This document shows, in pieces, positions 53,007 through 63,117 of a DNA stretch of 64,000 nucleotides. Source of the stretch: an uncultured Actinomycetes bacterium (lineage in GTDB: Bacteria > Actinomycetota > Thermoleophilia > UBA2241); assembly GCA_963725665.1 (NCBI GenBank), contig CAVRZA010000011.1:288001-352000 (forward strand), written 5' to 3'. The position numbers and the translations under genes are program-made. The stretch's first letter is position 1. Each line of letters begins with the position of its first letter. The notes beneath the pieces were generated by a model, which did no database searches, was not told where the DNA came from, and worked only from the letters and a program-made list of their open reading frames with translations.

Positions 53007-54053
53007 GTGAGCGCGGTGCACGAAGCCATCCTCTACGACAGGCGAGACGACGGCTCAGTCGACTGCCGGGTCTGCCCCAACCGCTGTCACATCGCCATGG
53101 GGCGCTCGGGCACGTGCCGGGCGCGGGTGAACCGTGACGGGGTACTCGATGCCATCATCTACGGGCGCACCTGCTCGGTGGCCGCCGACCCGATCGAGAA
53201 GAAGCCCCTCTTCCACTTCTTCCCCGGCAGCACCGTGCTGTCGCTGGGCACGTTCGGCTGCAACTTCGGCTGCCGCCATTGCCAGAACTGGCAGATCTCG
53301 CAGGCCGATGCCACCTCCCACTTGAGGGATCTGCGTGAGCTGCCGGTGACCAACCTGCCCGTGTTGGCGGAGCACAACGGTTGTGCCGGCGTCGCCTGGA
53401 CCTACAACGAGCCCACCATCTGGATCGAGTACGTCCTCGACGGCGCCCAGGTCGCGCACGACAACGGCCTGTACACCGTGATGGTGACCAACGGGTACAT
53501 CACGGAGGAGGCACTCGACGTGCTCGCGCCGCACATCGATGCCTACCGTGTCGACGTGAAGGGGTTCAGCAACGAGCTCTATCGCGAGCTTTGCCGCATC
53601 AAGGACTTCCACCCCGTCTTGGCTGCGGCGGCCCGCGCCAAACGTGAGCACGACTGTCATGTCGAGATCGTCACCAACGTCATCCCGACGCTCAACGACG
53701 ACGAGCCGACGCTGCGGGCGATCGCCGAGTGGGTGGTCGCCGAGCTCGGGCCGAAGACGCCCTGGCACGTCACACGCTTCATGCCTTACCTGGATCTCTC
53801 GCACCTGCCGGCGACGCCGATCAGGACGCTCGAGCGCGCCAAGGCGATCGGTGAGGAGGCCGGTCTCGAGTTCGTCTACCTTGGCAACGTCCCCGGCCAC
53901 GGCGCCGAGAACACGATCTGCCCGAACTGTCACCGCCTCGTCGCGCGGCGCACGGGGTATGAGGTCGAGGACCTTGCCTTGCGCGGCAGCCACTGTGCGC
54001 TGTGCGGCGAAGAGCTCAACGTCCGCTGGACGGTCAAACCATCGCCGAGCTGA
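53007..54053 (+). CDS. amrS: AmmeMemoRadiSam system radical SAM enzyme
   Basis: C..CP..C, DPIEKKPLFHFFPG, GCNFGC.HCQNW.ISQ, TYNEP, VTNGYI, YLGNV, T.CP.C. Confidence 0.9.
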   Translation: MSAVHEAILYDRRDDGSVDCRVCPNRCHIAMGRSGTCRARVNRDGVLDAIIYGRTCSVAADPIEKKPLFHFFPGSTVLSLGTFGCNFGCRHCQNWQISQADATSHLRDLRELPVTNLPVLAEHNGCAGVAWTYNEPTIWIEYVLDGAQVAHDNGLYTVMVTNGYITEEALDVLAPHIDAYRVDVKGFSNELYRELCRIKDFHPVLAAAARAKREHDCHVEIVTNVIPTLNDDEPTLRAIAEWVVAELGPKTPWHVTRFMPYLDLSHLPATPIRTLERAKAIGEEAGLEFVYLGNVPGHGAENTICPNCHRLVARRTGYEVEDLALRGSHCALCGEELNVRWTVKPSPS

Positions 54054-54143
54054 CGGGGCGGCGAGCGCCTTCGTCTCCCTCCCCGGCCTCTGCTGGTATC
54101 GATCGTCGCGCTGTGGGAAGAGTATCGGATAGGATGCTGCCTC

Positions 54144-54569
54144 GTGGATGAACTCGTGACATTGGAGATGCCCGCCAAAGCCGAGTATGTCGTGCTCGGA
54201 CGGCTCGCCTTGTCGGGCATGCTGCTCCAGGGTGAGTTCAGCAGCGATGCGGTGGCCGACCTCAAGCTCGCGCTCACCGAGGCTTGCTCGAACTCGATCC
54301 GGCACGCCTACGGCGACGGAGAAGGACAGATCCGTCTGGGCTTCAAGGTCGCCGACCGCTGTCTGGTCCTCACCGTGCGCGACGAGGGCGCCGGCTTCGA
54401 CGACAGCGAGGGGGCGGCGACGACTTACGTGCCGGGGATGGACGAGGCGAGCCTCTCCGAGGGCGGCATGGGCTTCTCGATCATCCGGGCCGTCGTCGAC
54501 GATTTCGCCCTCGAGCGCCTCAGCGAGGGCGGCACCCTTCTCACGCTCACCAAGCGCTTCGACCTCTAG
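54144..54569 (+). CDS. RsbW-like anti-sigma factor / Ser kinase
   Basis: PAKAEYV...RL, DLKLA.TEAC.N.I.HAY, D.GAGFD, EGG.G...I....D. Confidence 0.85.
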   Translation: MDELVTLEMPAKAEYVVLGRLALSGMLLQGEFSSDAVADLKLALTEACSNSIRHAYGDGEGQIRLGFKVADRCLVLTVRDEGAGFDDSEGAATTYVPGMDEASLSEGGMGFSIIRAVVDDFALERLSEGGTLLTLTKRFDL

Positions 54570-54581
54570 TCACCTCTCGGC

Positions 54582-55299
54582 GTGACCCTCGACGCGGTCG
54601 CCCCCACCTTCGGCCTCGAGTCCGAGACCGTACGCGCTCTGGCTCGCTTCGCCGATCTTCTCCGGGGGTACGAGGGCGCCAACGTCACCGGCGCCCGGCG
54701 GCGCGAGGAGATCGTCGGCGCGGCTCGTAGGCGACTCGTTGGCGCTGCTCGACGTCGACGAGCTCGCGCCGGCCGCCGCCGGTGCCGGCCGTTTCGCCGA
54801 CCTGGGGGCCGGCGCCGGGGTCCCCGGCATCCCGCTCGCTCTCGCTGCGCCGTGGCTGTCACTGACTCTGATCGAATCGGTGGGCAAGAAGTGCCGCTTC
54901 CTCGAGCACGCCGTGGCGGTCTGCGACGTGAGCACGCGCGTGAGCGTCGCTTGTGAACGCAGCGAACGCCTCGCGGCCCTCGGTGCGGAGGGCCGCGAGG
55001 CGTTCGCCGGCGTGCTTGCCAAGGCGGTCGGGCCTCTGGCCACCGTCGTCGAGCTCGGCGCGCCCCTGTTGAGAGCGGGTGGGGTGCTTCTGGCGAGCAA
55101 GACGGGGCGAGCGCTCGAAGGGGAGCTGCCGCAGGGCGAGGTCGCAGGCACGGCCTGCGGCCTCGCCCTGCGGCGCGTCGCCCCCCTGCCGCGCTCGCCC
55201 CTCGACGACTCGGTGTGCGTCGTGTTCGAGAAGACGGGGCCGACTCCCGACTGGCTGCCGCGGCGCGAGGGCTTGGCGCGCTCGCGCCCGCTGGGCTAG
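54582..55299 (+). CDS. rsmG: 16S rRNA m7G527 methyltransferase RsmG/GidB (frameshift near 54717)
   Basis: N.T in the first frame, then DSL, DLGAGAG.PGIPLA, IES..KK..FL, R.E and PRR.G.....PL in the next; upstream of parA. Confidence 0.85.
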
Positions 55300-55429
55300 C
55301 TGAGACCCGGCGGGGGCCGCTCGGGGGAACGGCGGCACAGGGTGCGACGGCGTGACAGAGGGCCTTGGGCCGCGGTGGCTGGGCTAGCGCGACCCTGAGC
55401 GGTATCATCGCGCCCATGAGGGAGCCAGC

Positions 55430-56191
55430 GTGACGAGGGTCATCGCCGTCGCGAACCAGAAGGGCGGTGTCGGCAAGACGACGACGGCGGTGAACGTCGC
55501 CGCCTGTCTCGCTGAGGCGGGCGCCCCCGTCATCCTCATCGATCTGGACCCCCAGGCGAACGCGACGAGCGGGCTGGGCGTCACGGCACCGTCGGCCGAG
55601 CGCTCCACCTACGGACTCCTCGCCGGCTCGGCAAGCCTCGACGAGGTCGCCGTGCAGAGCCTTATCCCGGCTCTGCGCGTGGTGCCGTCGTGTGCCGACC
55701 TCGCCGGCGCCGTCGTCGAGCTGGCTGCGGCCGACGACAAGGAGTACGCGCTGCGCGACGCGCTGCACGATCGGGTCGGCGCCTACGACTACGTCTTCAT
55801 CGACTGCCCGCCCTCACTCGGCCTGTTGACGGTGAACGCCTTGGCCGCCGCGGGAGAGGTGCTCGTGCCGGTCCAGGCGGAGTACTACGCGCTCGAAGGC
55901 TTGGCCCAGCTCCTCGACACCATCGCCCTGGTGCGCGAGCGGCTGAACCCCGCGCTCGAGGTACTCGGCATCCTAGTGACGATGCTCGACGGGCGCACCA
56001 GACTGGGCAGGGAGGTGACCGTCGAGGTGCGCGCACACCTCGCCGAGAAGGTCTTCGACACGGTGGTGCCGCGCAACGTCCGCCTCGGCGAGGCGCCCAG
56101 CCACGGCGTCCCCATCTCGCGCTACGATCCCCGCTGCGCCGGCTGCGACGCCTACTTCGACCTCGCCCAGGAGGTGGTGGGCCGTGGGTAG
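55430..56191 (+). CDS. parA: Chromosome partitioning ATPase ParA/Soj
   Basis: NQKGGVGKTTT, DLDPQANATSGLG, IDCPPSLG.LT.NAL, EYYALEG, PRNVRL.EAPS.G. Confidence 0.96.
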   Translation: MTRVIAVANQKGGVGKTTTAVNVAACLAEAGAPVILIDLDPQANATSGLGVTAPSAERSTYGLLAGSASLDEVAVQSLIPALRVVPSCADLAGAVVELAAADDKEYALRDALHDRVGAYDYVFIDCPPSLGLLTVNALAAAGEVLVPVQAEYYALEGLAQLLDTIALVRERLNPALEVLGILVTMLDGRTRLGREVTVEVRAHLAEKVFDTVVPRNVRLGEAPSHGVPISRYDPRCAGCDAYFDLAQEVVGRG

Positions 56192-57110
56192 CGGCGACGA
56201 GCAGGGCTCCGGCCGGGCGCGCCCGGCGTCGGGGAGCAGGGCGCTCGGGCGCGGGCTCTCCGCACTCATCGGAGAGCGACTCGACGAGAGCCGGCTGCGC
56301 GAGGAGGGTCATCTGCGCGAGCTCCCGCTCGAGCAGATCGACGTCTCGCGGCGGCAGCCGCGGCGGGCCTTCGACGAGGAGGAGCTGCGCGACTTGGCGG
56401 AGTCGGTCCGCAACCTGGGGGTCGTGCAGCCGGTGCTCGTGCGACCGGGCGGCTCGCCGGGACGGTACGAGCTGGTGGCGGGCGAGCGGCGCCTGCGCGC
56501 CGCTCGCCTCGCCGGCCTGAGCACGGTGCCGGCGGTGATCCGCCCGGTCGACGAGGCCGCCTCGCTCGAGATCGCCCTAGCCGAGAACGTCGCCCGCCAG
56601 GACCTCAACCCCATCGAGGAGGCCAATGCCTACGCGGTGCTAAGCGATGAGTTCGGCCTCACGCAGGAGCGCATCGCGGAGCTGGTGGGCAAGAGCCGGG
56701 TGGCGGTGACGAACCTGCTGCGGCTGCTCGAGCTGCCCGACGACGTACAGGCTCTCGTCGAGGAGGGCAGCCTGAGCGAGGGTCACGCACGGGCGCTGCT
56801 CGGCGGGGTCGGCCATGCCGAGCAGCGCCGCCTGGCGCGCGTCGTCGTGCGCGAGGGACTCACCGTGCGCCAGACGGAGGCTTTGGTGCGCAAGCTGGCC
56901 GCGGCGCCGCAGGCGCCGGCCGTGGCCGCCTCGGCCAGCTTCGACGACCCCTACGGCGACATCACCGACGAGCTCTACGGCCTCCTGTCCGCCCCCGTGC
57001 GCATCAAGACGGGCAAGCGCGGGGGGCGGGTCGAGATCCACTTCAAGGACCGGCGCGAGCTGGAACGGCTGATCGAGCTGCTGCGGGGACTGACCGAGAG
57101 GCAGGCCTGA
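56184..57110 (+). CDS. parB: Chromosome partitioning protein ParB/Spo0J
   Basis: LGRGL.AL, QPRR.FD, GERR.RA, EN..R.DLNP.EEA, GKSR..V.N.LRLL. Confidence 0.96.
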   Translation: MGSGDEQGSGRARPASGSRALGRGLSALIGERLDESRLREEGHLRELPLEQIDVSRRQPRRAFDEEELRDLAESVRNLGVVQPVLVRPGGSPGRYELVAGERRLRAARLAGLSTVPAVIRPVDEAASLEIALAENVARQDLNPIEEANAYAVLSDEFGLTQERIAELVGKSRVAVTNLLRLLELPDDVQALVEEGSLSEGHARALLGGVGHAEQRRLARVVVREGLTVRQTEALVRKLAAAPQAPAVAASASFDDPYGDITDELYGLLSAPVRIKTGKRGGRVEIHFKDRRELERLIELLRGLTERQA

Positions 57111-57195
57111 CGGCTCGAGGCCAGTCGATCGGGGGCATCGCGGCGCTTGACGCTGCGATGCGGTTGGTCGAGGGGGCGTCCCTCGCGGGCCGGCG

Positions 57196-57750
57196 CTAGG
57201 GCGTTGCGGTCGGCGTCGGTGTCACGGCGCCGGGGAGGGTGCCCGGCACCGTGCCGGGATTCACCGTTGCGCCTGGTGTCGGGGTCACCCCCGTAACGGG
57301 CGGGGTCGTGGTCCCCGTCGTGGGCACCGAGCCGGTGGGCGCCGTGGCGCCGGTCGGGACGTACACCGTGGTGCCGTCGGCGAGCTGGTAGAACTGGCCG
57401 ATGAGTGTGCCGACGCCGCTGACCTGCTGGCCTGGCTGCAGGTTGAGCTGCATGACCGAATCGCCCTTTTTGACGATCACCTGCATGTCGCTCTGGCCCG
57501 GGTTCTTGACGATCGTCATGTCCTTGCTCGAGAGCACGTCGGTGAGGCCGACGCCGGCCAGGGCGGCGAGAAGGAAGGCCACGGAGAGGATGATGGCTAC
57601 GTCGAAGAGGTTGACCACGCCGTCGAGGGGGTCGCCGTTCTTGTCGGTCTTGCTCACGCGGCGCCGACCCATGTAGCGCAGGCCGCGCCCGGGCTCCTCG
57701 AGAACGGACGGCGGGTAGGACACGACGTTCTCCTGCACGTTTGGGCTCAC
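57196..57750 (-). CDS. DUF2149 family protein
   Basis: DPL.GVVNLFDVA, KNPG..DM..I.K.G, G..YQL.DG...YVP. Confidence 0.85.
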   Translation of the reverse strand: MSPNVQENVVSYPPSVLEEPGRGLRYMGRRRVSKTDKNGDPLDGVVNLFDVAIILSVAFLLAALAGVGLTDVLSSKDMTIVKNPGQSDMQVIVKKGDSVMQLNLQPGQQVSGVGTLIGQFYQLADGTTVYVPTGATAPTGSVPTTGTTTPPVTGVTPTPGATVNPGTVPGTLPGAVTPTPTATP

Positions 57751-58766
57751 GCCTCGTCGCCTCCCTCGCTCGAGCCGGCGCGAGGCGCGGAGGCCTTCTC
57801 GCCGGGGGAGACGATCTCGAGGGCCTCCGTCTCGGCGCCGACGAGGGCATCTTCGTTCGCGTCGAGCGGCGTCACGGCCGATCCCAGCCCGGGATCCGGC
57901 GTCGCCTCCTCGAGATCGCGGCCGCCGATGACGTCGGCCTGCTCGACGTGCACCATCCGCCGCTCGGCCTCGGCGGCCGCGTCGGGCAGCAGGCCGCCGA
58001 CGTCGGCGACGAGGATATCCTGTTGGGCGGCGATGCCTTCTTCGGCGATCGCCGCCTCGAGCTCCTCGTCCTCGGGCGACTTCGCCTTGCCACCGGCACG
58101 TGCGCCGCCGCCGCTGCGGAGCCGCTGGCCGCTGCCCTCCAACAGCTCGAGCAGGTACTCGAGGTCTGAGATGTCCTGCGAGTAGAGGCGGTCGCGCAGG
58201 ATGCTGATGGTGAAGGCGAGGCCTCCGATGAGGAGGCCGATGACGGTGACAGAGAAGGCGATCTCGAGCTGGTTGGCAAGCGTCGCCGTGTCGTTGTTGG
58301 CCAGCGCCTCGAGTGCCGGCGCCAGCGGGATCAGGGTGCCCATCAGCCCGAGCATGGGGCCGACGCGCACCAGTATGCGCGTCTTCTCGAGCCGCTTGAT
58401 GGTGTAGAACTCGTACTCCTGCAGCAGCTTGAGCGGCTTCTCGGCGAGGCGTTGCCCCTGGTAGTTGCGGATCAGGTCGAAGAGAAAGCGCACCACCACC
58501 ATCGAGTAGTTGTTCTCCTGCAGATAGCGGTACGCCTTGCGCGGCTGTCCATTGCCGAAGGCCTCGCGCGCGCGCAGGGTGCGGATCTCGAGGGCGTCGA
58601 GGTCGCGGTAGCGCACGCGCAGGTAGACCTCGTAGAAGAAGTAACCGAGCTCGACCAGGACCCAGATCAGGCAGACGATGGCCGCGATCAGCACCGGATA
58701 GAGCAGGAGCTTCGCGATGGTGAAGATGACCTGCTCTATGTCGTGCGCGAGCCCGGAGGTGTCCAT
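57747..58766 (-). CDS. MotA/TolQ/ExbB proton-channel family protein
   Basis: RVGPMLGLMGTLIPLAPAL, IAFS.TV.GL; acidic C-terminal tail. Confidence 0.85.
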   Translation of the reverse strand: MDTSGLAHDIEQVIFTIAKLLLYPVLIAAIVCLIWVLVELGYFFYEVYLRVRYRDLDALEIRTLRAREAFGNGQPRKAYRYLQENNYSMVVVRFLFDLIRNYQGQRLAEKPLKLLQEYEFYTIKRLEKTRILVRVGPMLGLMGTLIPLAPALEALANNDTATLANQLEIAFSVTVIGLLIGGLAFTISILRDRLYSQDISDLEYLLELLEGSGQRLRSGGGARAGGKAKSPEDEELEAAIAEEGIAAQQDILVADVGGLLPDAAAEAERRMVHVEQADVIGGRDLEEATPDPGLGSAVTPLDANEDALVGAETEALEIVSPGEKASAPRAGSSEGGDEA

Positions 58767-58779
58767 CCGCGCGGGGCTC

Positions 58780-60605
58780 CTACCGTTTGAGAGTCAGGGC
58801 GCTGGAGATGCCGAAGACACGCGCCTTGAACTGCTCCCACGGCGTGCCGCCGCCGAGGAGGGCGCGGCCGTTGCCGGCGCCCTCGAGGGCGGCCGCCTGA
58901 CGGCGGTGTGCGACGTACGAGACCAGCGCGCCGAGCGGCAGCAGGGCGACGAGCCCGAGGCCGATCCAGCCGGCTGTGCCGGACCCTCCTCCTTGGCCGT
59001 TGGCCGCTGCCTGCCCCGTCACGCTCGCCGAGGGCGAGGGCTGGGCGCCGGCGGTGAGGGGTGCGCCCGGCGATGCGCTCGGCGAGGGGCTGAGGGGAGT
59101 GCCGGTTACGGTGCCGGGCACGTAGGTTCCGGTGGTGGCGGTGGCGGTCGGAGTCGGCGTCAGAACGCCGGGCGTCGTCGGCGTGGAACCGGTGCCGGTC
59201 CCGCCTGAGCTGCTCGGCGGGCGATAGGTCGGAGTCGACGGTGAGGTCGGCGTCGTGCTTGGAGTCGAAGGCGCCGGCGCGGGCACGTTGACGGTGAACG
59301 AGCGCGTGCGCGAGAGGCTGTTGCCGGCCCGATCGGCGATGCGGATGATGACGGTGTGGGAGCCGTTCTTGAGCCCCGTGAGCCTGAGGGCGAGCGAGCT
59401 CGTCTTGATGGTAGCGGCCTTCGTCTTGTTGACGCCGTCGACGGTGACGCGCACGGCGCTCACCTTGATCCCCGTGCCTCCGACGTTGTCGCCGTAGGTC
59501 GCCTTGACGTCGACGGTGCTGGTCTTGAACGTCGGGTGGCCGCTGGGCGAGATGGAGTCGAAGTGCGGCCTGAAGGCTCTGTTCGTCGGGTTGTTGGAGA
59601 GGCCGAAGGGGAAGGGCTTCTGGGCCAGGGCGATCACGGCTTGCGTCGTCGTCATCAGGGGGTTCGAGATCGCACCCACGCGGTGCGCGAAGAGCCCGGA
59701 AGGCTGCTGCAGGCGGCGCAGGAAGCTGAGTGGGGTGTTGCTGCCCTTGTTCCACGACGACGGCGACTGGCCGCAGGCGACGATGGCCTGGGTGGCCCAG
59801 GCCGTCGACTCGGCGTAGCTGCGCCCGTCGGTCGGCATCGACGGGAAGCCGCCGTCACCGCGCTGTGCCGACTTGAGGTAGGCGAGGGCGTCGACGATCA
59901 CGGGGTTCGACGCGCCCATGCCGGCGCGATTGGAGAACGACGCCCGCAGGGCCATGACGGCCGCCGCCGTGTCGTCGACGTCGCTGGCCGAGCTCGGCTG
60001 GCTGCCGAAGCCTCCGTTGCCGTTCTGTTGCGCGACGAGCCAGGTGATGGCGCCGTTGAGGCCGCCATCGGTCTCACCGGCCGCCTTCAGGGCGAGGATT
60101 GCCCAGATCGTGGTGTTCACGGTCGCGTACGGGTTGGTCGCAGTCGAGCCTGAGGGAGAGAAAGCTCCGGTCGTCGTATTCTGGTAAGAGTGCAGCTTGG
60201 CGACCAAGTCGATGCCCTTGGTACCCGCAGACCAGATGAGGTCGACTCTCCCGGCTGCGATGTACGCGAGCATGACCTTCGCATAGAAAGCGGGTCGGTT
60301 GACCAGGCTCGAAGAGCTGCCCGCGGCGGCCTCGAGATCGAGGCCCTGGAGGTAGTCGATGGGGTCCTTGCCGCCCTGGTTCCACGCGACTTCTGCGGAC
60401 TCTCGCCGGCTGCCGAGATGGCCATGATCGCCCAAGGCGTGATCTGCACGTCGGCGGTCGAGCCCGTGCCGAAGCCGCCCGACGAGAACTGCTTGGCGTG
60501 GAGGTAGTCGAGCGCGCGTGTCTGCGGGCTGGCCTGTGCGCCAGCGGGGAAGACGGCAAAGACAACGAAGGCCAGCAGTAGCGCCGGCCATACTCTCCTG
60601 GTCAC
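58780..60605 (-). CDS. Exported prenyltransferase/squalene-oxidase-repeat (alpha-barrel) protein with Ig-like domain, Pro/Thr linker and C-terminal TM (frameshift near 60388)
   Basis: Signal peptide; repeated A..YL...Q..DGGF and S.VD.TA.A..AL motifs; C-terminal hydrophobic helix followed by HRR. Confidence 0.8.
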
Positions 60606-61426
60606 GACAGGTCCTCCAGTCCCACGAAGGTGACGCGGGTCCGGACGCGGAACCGAGCCACGATTCTAACAGCCTGCACGCCGAAAAGGCCAGCAAAGAC
60701 GGCAGTAGCCGCCACGTGTGCGAGGTCAAACGGCAGGCCCCGCGCGTAGAGCGCGACGAGGGCCGGCCACGAGTGCGCCGTGAAGGCGACGTACATCCAG
60801 AGGGTGACGAACCAGTCGAACGCCAGCGCCAGAGCGGCGCCGGCGGCGACGAGCTCCCAGCGGTGCGGCACGCGCCCGCCGCGGCCGAGCAGACCGCCGG
60901 CGACGCCGACGCCTCCCCAGGCGAGCATCTGCCAGGGCGTCCAGGGGCCCTGGCCGAAGAAGACGTTCGACACCAGCGCCGATGTCGCACCGACCATGAA
61001 GCCGGGGGCCGGTCCGAGGGCGACGCCCGAGACCAGCACGATGAAGGTAACCGGCTTGACGTTGGGCAGAGCCGCGAAGAGTACACGGCTGGCCGTGGCG
61101 AGCGCCGCCAGCGAGGCGACCAGCGAGAGTTCCTGGGCGGAGGCGTCGCGGGCGCCGTAGAGGGCCAGCGCGGTGGCCGCGAGAGCGGCCACCGCGAAGA
61201 ACGATACGGCGCCCCAGTCGACGGAGCCGGGGCTCACAACGGCGTAGACGGCCAGCCCCACGGCGAGCGCGACGAGGCCGGCCAGGACGAGACGGCTGGG
61301 CCGCACGGGCAGCGTGGCGAAGAGGCGCGCGAGCGACGCGCGCAGGCCCGTCGGCGCGACCCCGCCTCGCGGCGCGCCGGCGCCCGGACCAGACGCGGCC
61401 GGCTGCGTCCTGGCGAGCACGTTCAC
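60602..61426 (-). CDS. ECF transporter S component (CbrT-like)
   Basis: A..R..FAALPNVKPV, G...GF.VG....LVSN.FFGQGPWTPWQM.AWG, GLPFDL.H. Confidence 0.85.
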   Translation of the reverse strand: MNVLARTQPAASGPGAGAPRGGVAPTGLRASLARLFATLPVRPSRLVLAGLVALAVGLAVYAVVSPGSVDWGAVSFFAVAALAATALALYGARDASAQELSLVASLAALATASRVLFAALPNVKPVTFIVLVSGVALGPAPGFMVGATSALVSNVFFGQGPWTPWQMLAWGGVGVAGGLLGRGGRVPHRWELVAAGAALALAFDWFVTLWMYVAFTAHSWPALVALYARGLPFDLAHVAATAVFAGLFGVQAVRIVARFRVRTRVTFVGLEDLS

Positions 61427-63117
61427 GACATCCTCCAGCGGAGCTGGTCCTCGTGCAGCGCGCCCGGAAGCGAGTGGCGCAGGAGGCGGTTGAGCTGGGT
61501 CGAGAAGAACAGCGACCCGTCGAGCACCTCGGCGGTGGGGCCGTCGGCGAGGACGCGGCCGTCGCCGAGGATCACCACGCGGGTGGCGAAGCGGGCCGCG
61601 AACTCGACGTCGTGCGTGACGACGAGCACGCCATGCCCCTCCTGGGCCAGGCGGCGCAGCCTCCTGCCCAAGTCGGTCTTGTGGCCCGGGTCCATGCCGC
61701 GCGTTGGTTCGTCGAGGACGAGCAGCGCGGGGTCGCCGACGGCCACCGCGGCAAGCGCGACCCGGGTGCGCTCGCCTCCGGAGAGGTCGCGCGGGTTGCG
61801 CGCCAGCAGACCGTCGAGGTCGAAGGCGACGATGGCGCGGGCGAGGAGTGCCTCGCGCTCCTCGCCCGCGCCGACGCCCAAGGCGTCGAGGCTGTAGTCG
61901 AGCTCTTCCGCGACCGTGTCCTTCACGAAGTAGTCGTTCGGGTTCTGTCCCAACAGCGCGCAGGAACGCGCCGCCTCGGCGACGGTCAGGTCGCGCACGT
62001 CGCGTCCCAGGAGCAGCACCCGGCCCTTGCTTGGACGTGAGAGACCGTTGAAGTGTTTCACCAGGGTCGTCTTGCCGGCGCCGTTCTCGCCCATAAGCGC
62101 GATCACCTCGCCGCGGCCGACCTCGAGGTCGATGCCCTCGAGCACGGGCTCATCGCGGTCGTAGCCCGCGACGAGGCCTCTGACGCCCAGGAGCGCGTCG
62201 TGTGGGGAGCCGGGCGATGCGACCAGGCCAGCTTCGTCTGGCTCGACGAAGCTCAGCGGCACCTGTTCGCCGGCCGTCGTCTCCTCGAGTATCCGGCGTG
62301 CGTCTTTGACGGTCATGGGAAGGCGCCCTCCCAGGGGTCCCCGGCCGTTCATCGTCTGGGCGAAGAGACGCGTGACGGGCGGCAGCAGTTCGCGTCGGCG
62401 CCCGGCGGCCCAGAGGGCGAAAGCGTCGGGGTGGTCGTCGCGCACGAGCGCGCCGTCCTCGAGGTAGACCACGCGCGTGGCGAGGTGCAGGCAGCGCTCG
62501 ACTCGGTGCTCGGCGAGGACGATCGTGGCGCCGGTGTCCTCGGAGAGGCGGCGGACGGCGGCGAGCAGCTCCTCTGAGCTCACGGGATCGAGCTGCGATG
62601 TGGGCTCGTCGAGCAACAGGAGGTGCGGCTGGGTCGCGATCACGGCGGCGAGAGCGACCTTCTGCAGCTCGCCTCCCGAGAGGGTGGCGAGCTCGGCGTG
62701 ACGCAGGTGCGAGAGGCCGAGCGAGATCAGGGCCTCTTCGACCAGGCGGGTGACCGCGTGCGGCTCCACGCCGAGGTTCTCGAGGCCGAAGGCGATCTCG
62801 CGCTCGACGGTGGTCATCACGGCCTGGCTCTCGGGATCCTGGAACACCAGGCCGACCTCGCCGGCCAGGTCGCGCGGCTGAGCGTCGCGTGTGTCATGGC
62901 CGCCGACGACGACGCGACCGGCGAACGTGCCGCCGTGGAAGTGGGGCACGAGGCCTGCCAGGGCACGCAGCAGGGTCGACTTGCCGCTGCCCGATCCGCC
63001 GAGCAGCAGCACGACCTCGGCGGGCTCGAGGGTGAGCGAGACATCGCGCAAAGACGGGTGCTCCCGCCCGGGGTAGGTGTACGTGACGCGCTGTAGCTCG
63101 GCCACCCTCATCGCCAT
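61423..63117 (-). CDS. ECF transporter fused double ATPase (A-A')
   Basis: Two NBDs: GGSGSGKST/LSGGE/LDEPT and GENGAGKTT/LSGGE/LDEPT. Confidence 0.92.
   Translation of the reverse strand: MAMRVAELQRVTYTYPGREHPSLRDVSLTLEPAEVVLLLGGSGSGKSTLLRALAGLVPHFHGGTFAGRVVVGGHDTRDAQPRDLAGEVGLVFQDPESQAVMTTVEREIAFGLENLGVEPHAVTRLVEEALISLGLSHLRHAELATLSGGELQKVALAAVIATQPHLLLLDEPTSQLDPVSSEELLAAVRRLSEDTGATIVLAEHRVERCLHLATRVVYLEDGALVRDDHPDAFALWAAGRRRELLPPVTRLFAQTMNGRGPLGGRLPMTVKDARRILEETTAGEQVPLSFVEPDEAGLVASPGSPHDALLGVRGLVAGYDRDEPVLEGIDLEVGRGEVIALMGENGAGKTTLVKHFNGLSRPSKGRVLLLGRDVRDLTVAEAARSCALLGQNPNDYFVKDTVAEELDYSLDALGVGAGEEREALLARAIVAFDLDGLLARNPRDLSGGERTRVALAAVAVGDPALLVLDEPTRGMDPGHKTDLGRRLRRLAQEGHGVLVVTHDVEFAARFATRVVILGDGRVLADGPTAEVLDGSLFFSTQLNRLLRHSLPGALHEDQLRWRMS

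Noticed and set aside
58780-59050. Sortase sorting signal on the alpha-barrel protein
   Set aside because: A TM helix and basic residues are present, but no LPxTG or LAxTG precedes them, so a link to the sortase is unsupported.
58780-60605. Terpene cyclase activity for the prenyltransferase-repeat protein
   Set aside because: It is exported, has a single barrel and sits in a transporter operon with no terpene genes; a ligand-binding role is more plausible.
58780-61086. 768-aa ORF
   Set aside because: Its N-terminal part is an off-frame reading of the S-component gene; the real protein starts at 60605 and is frameshifted.
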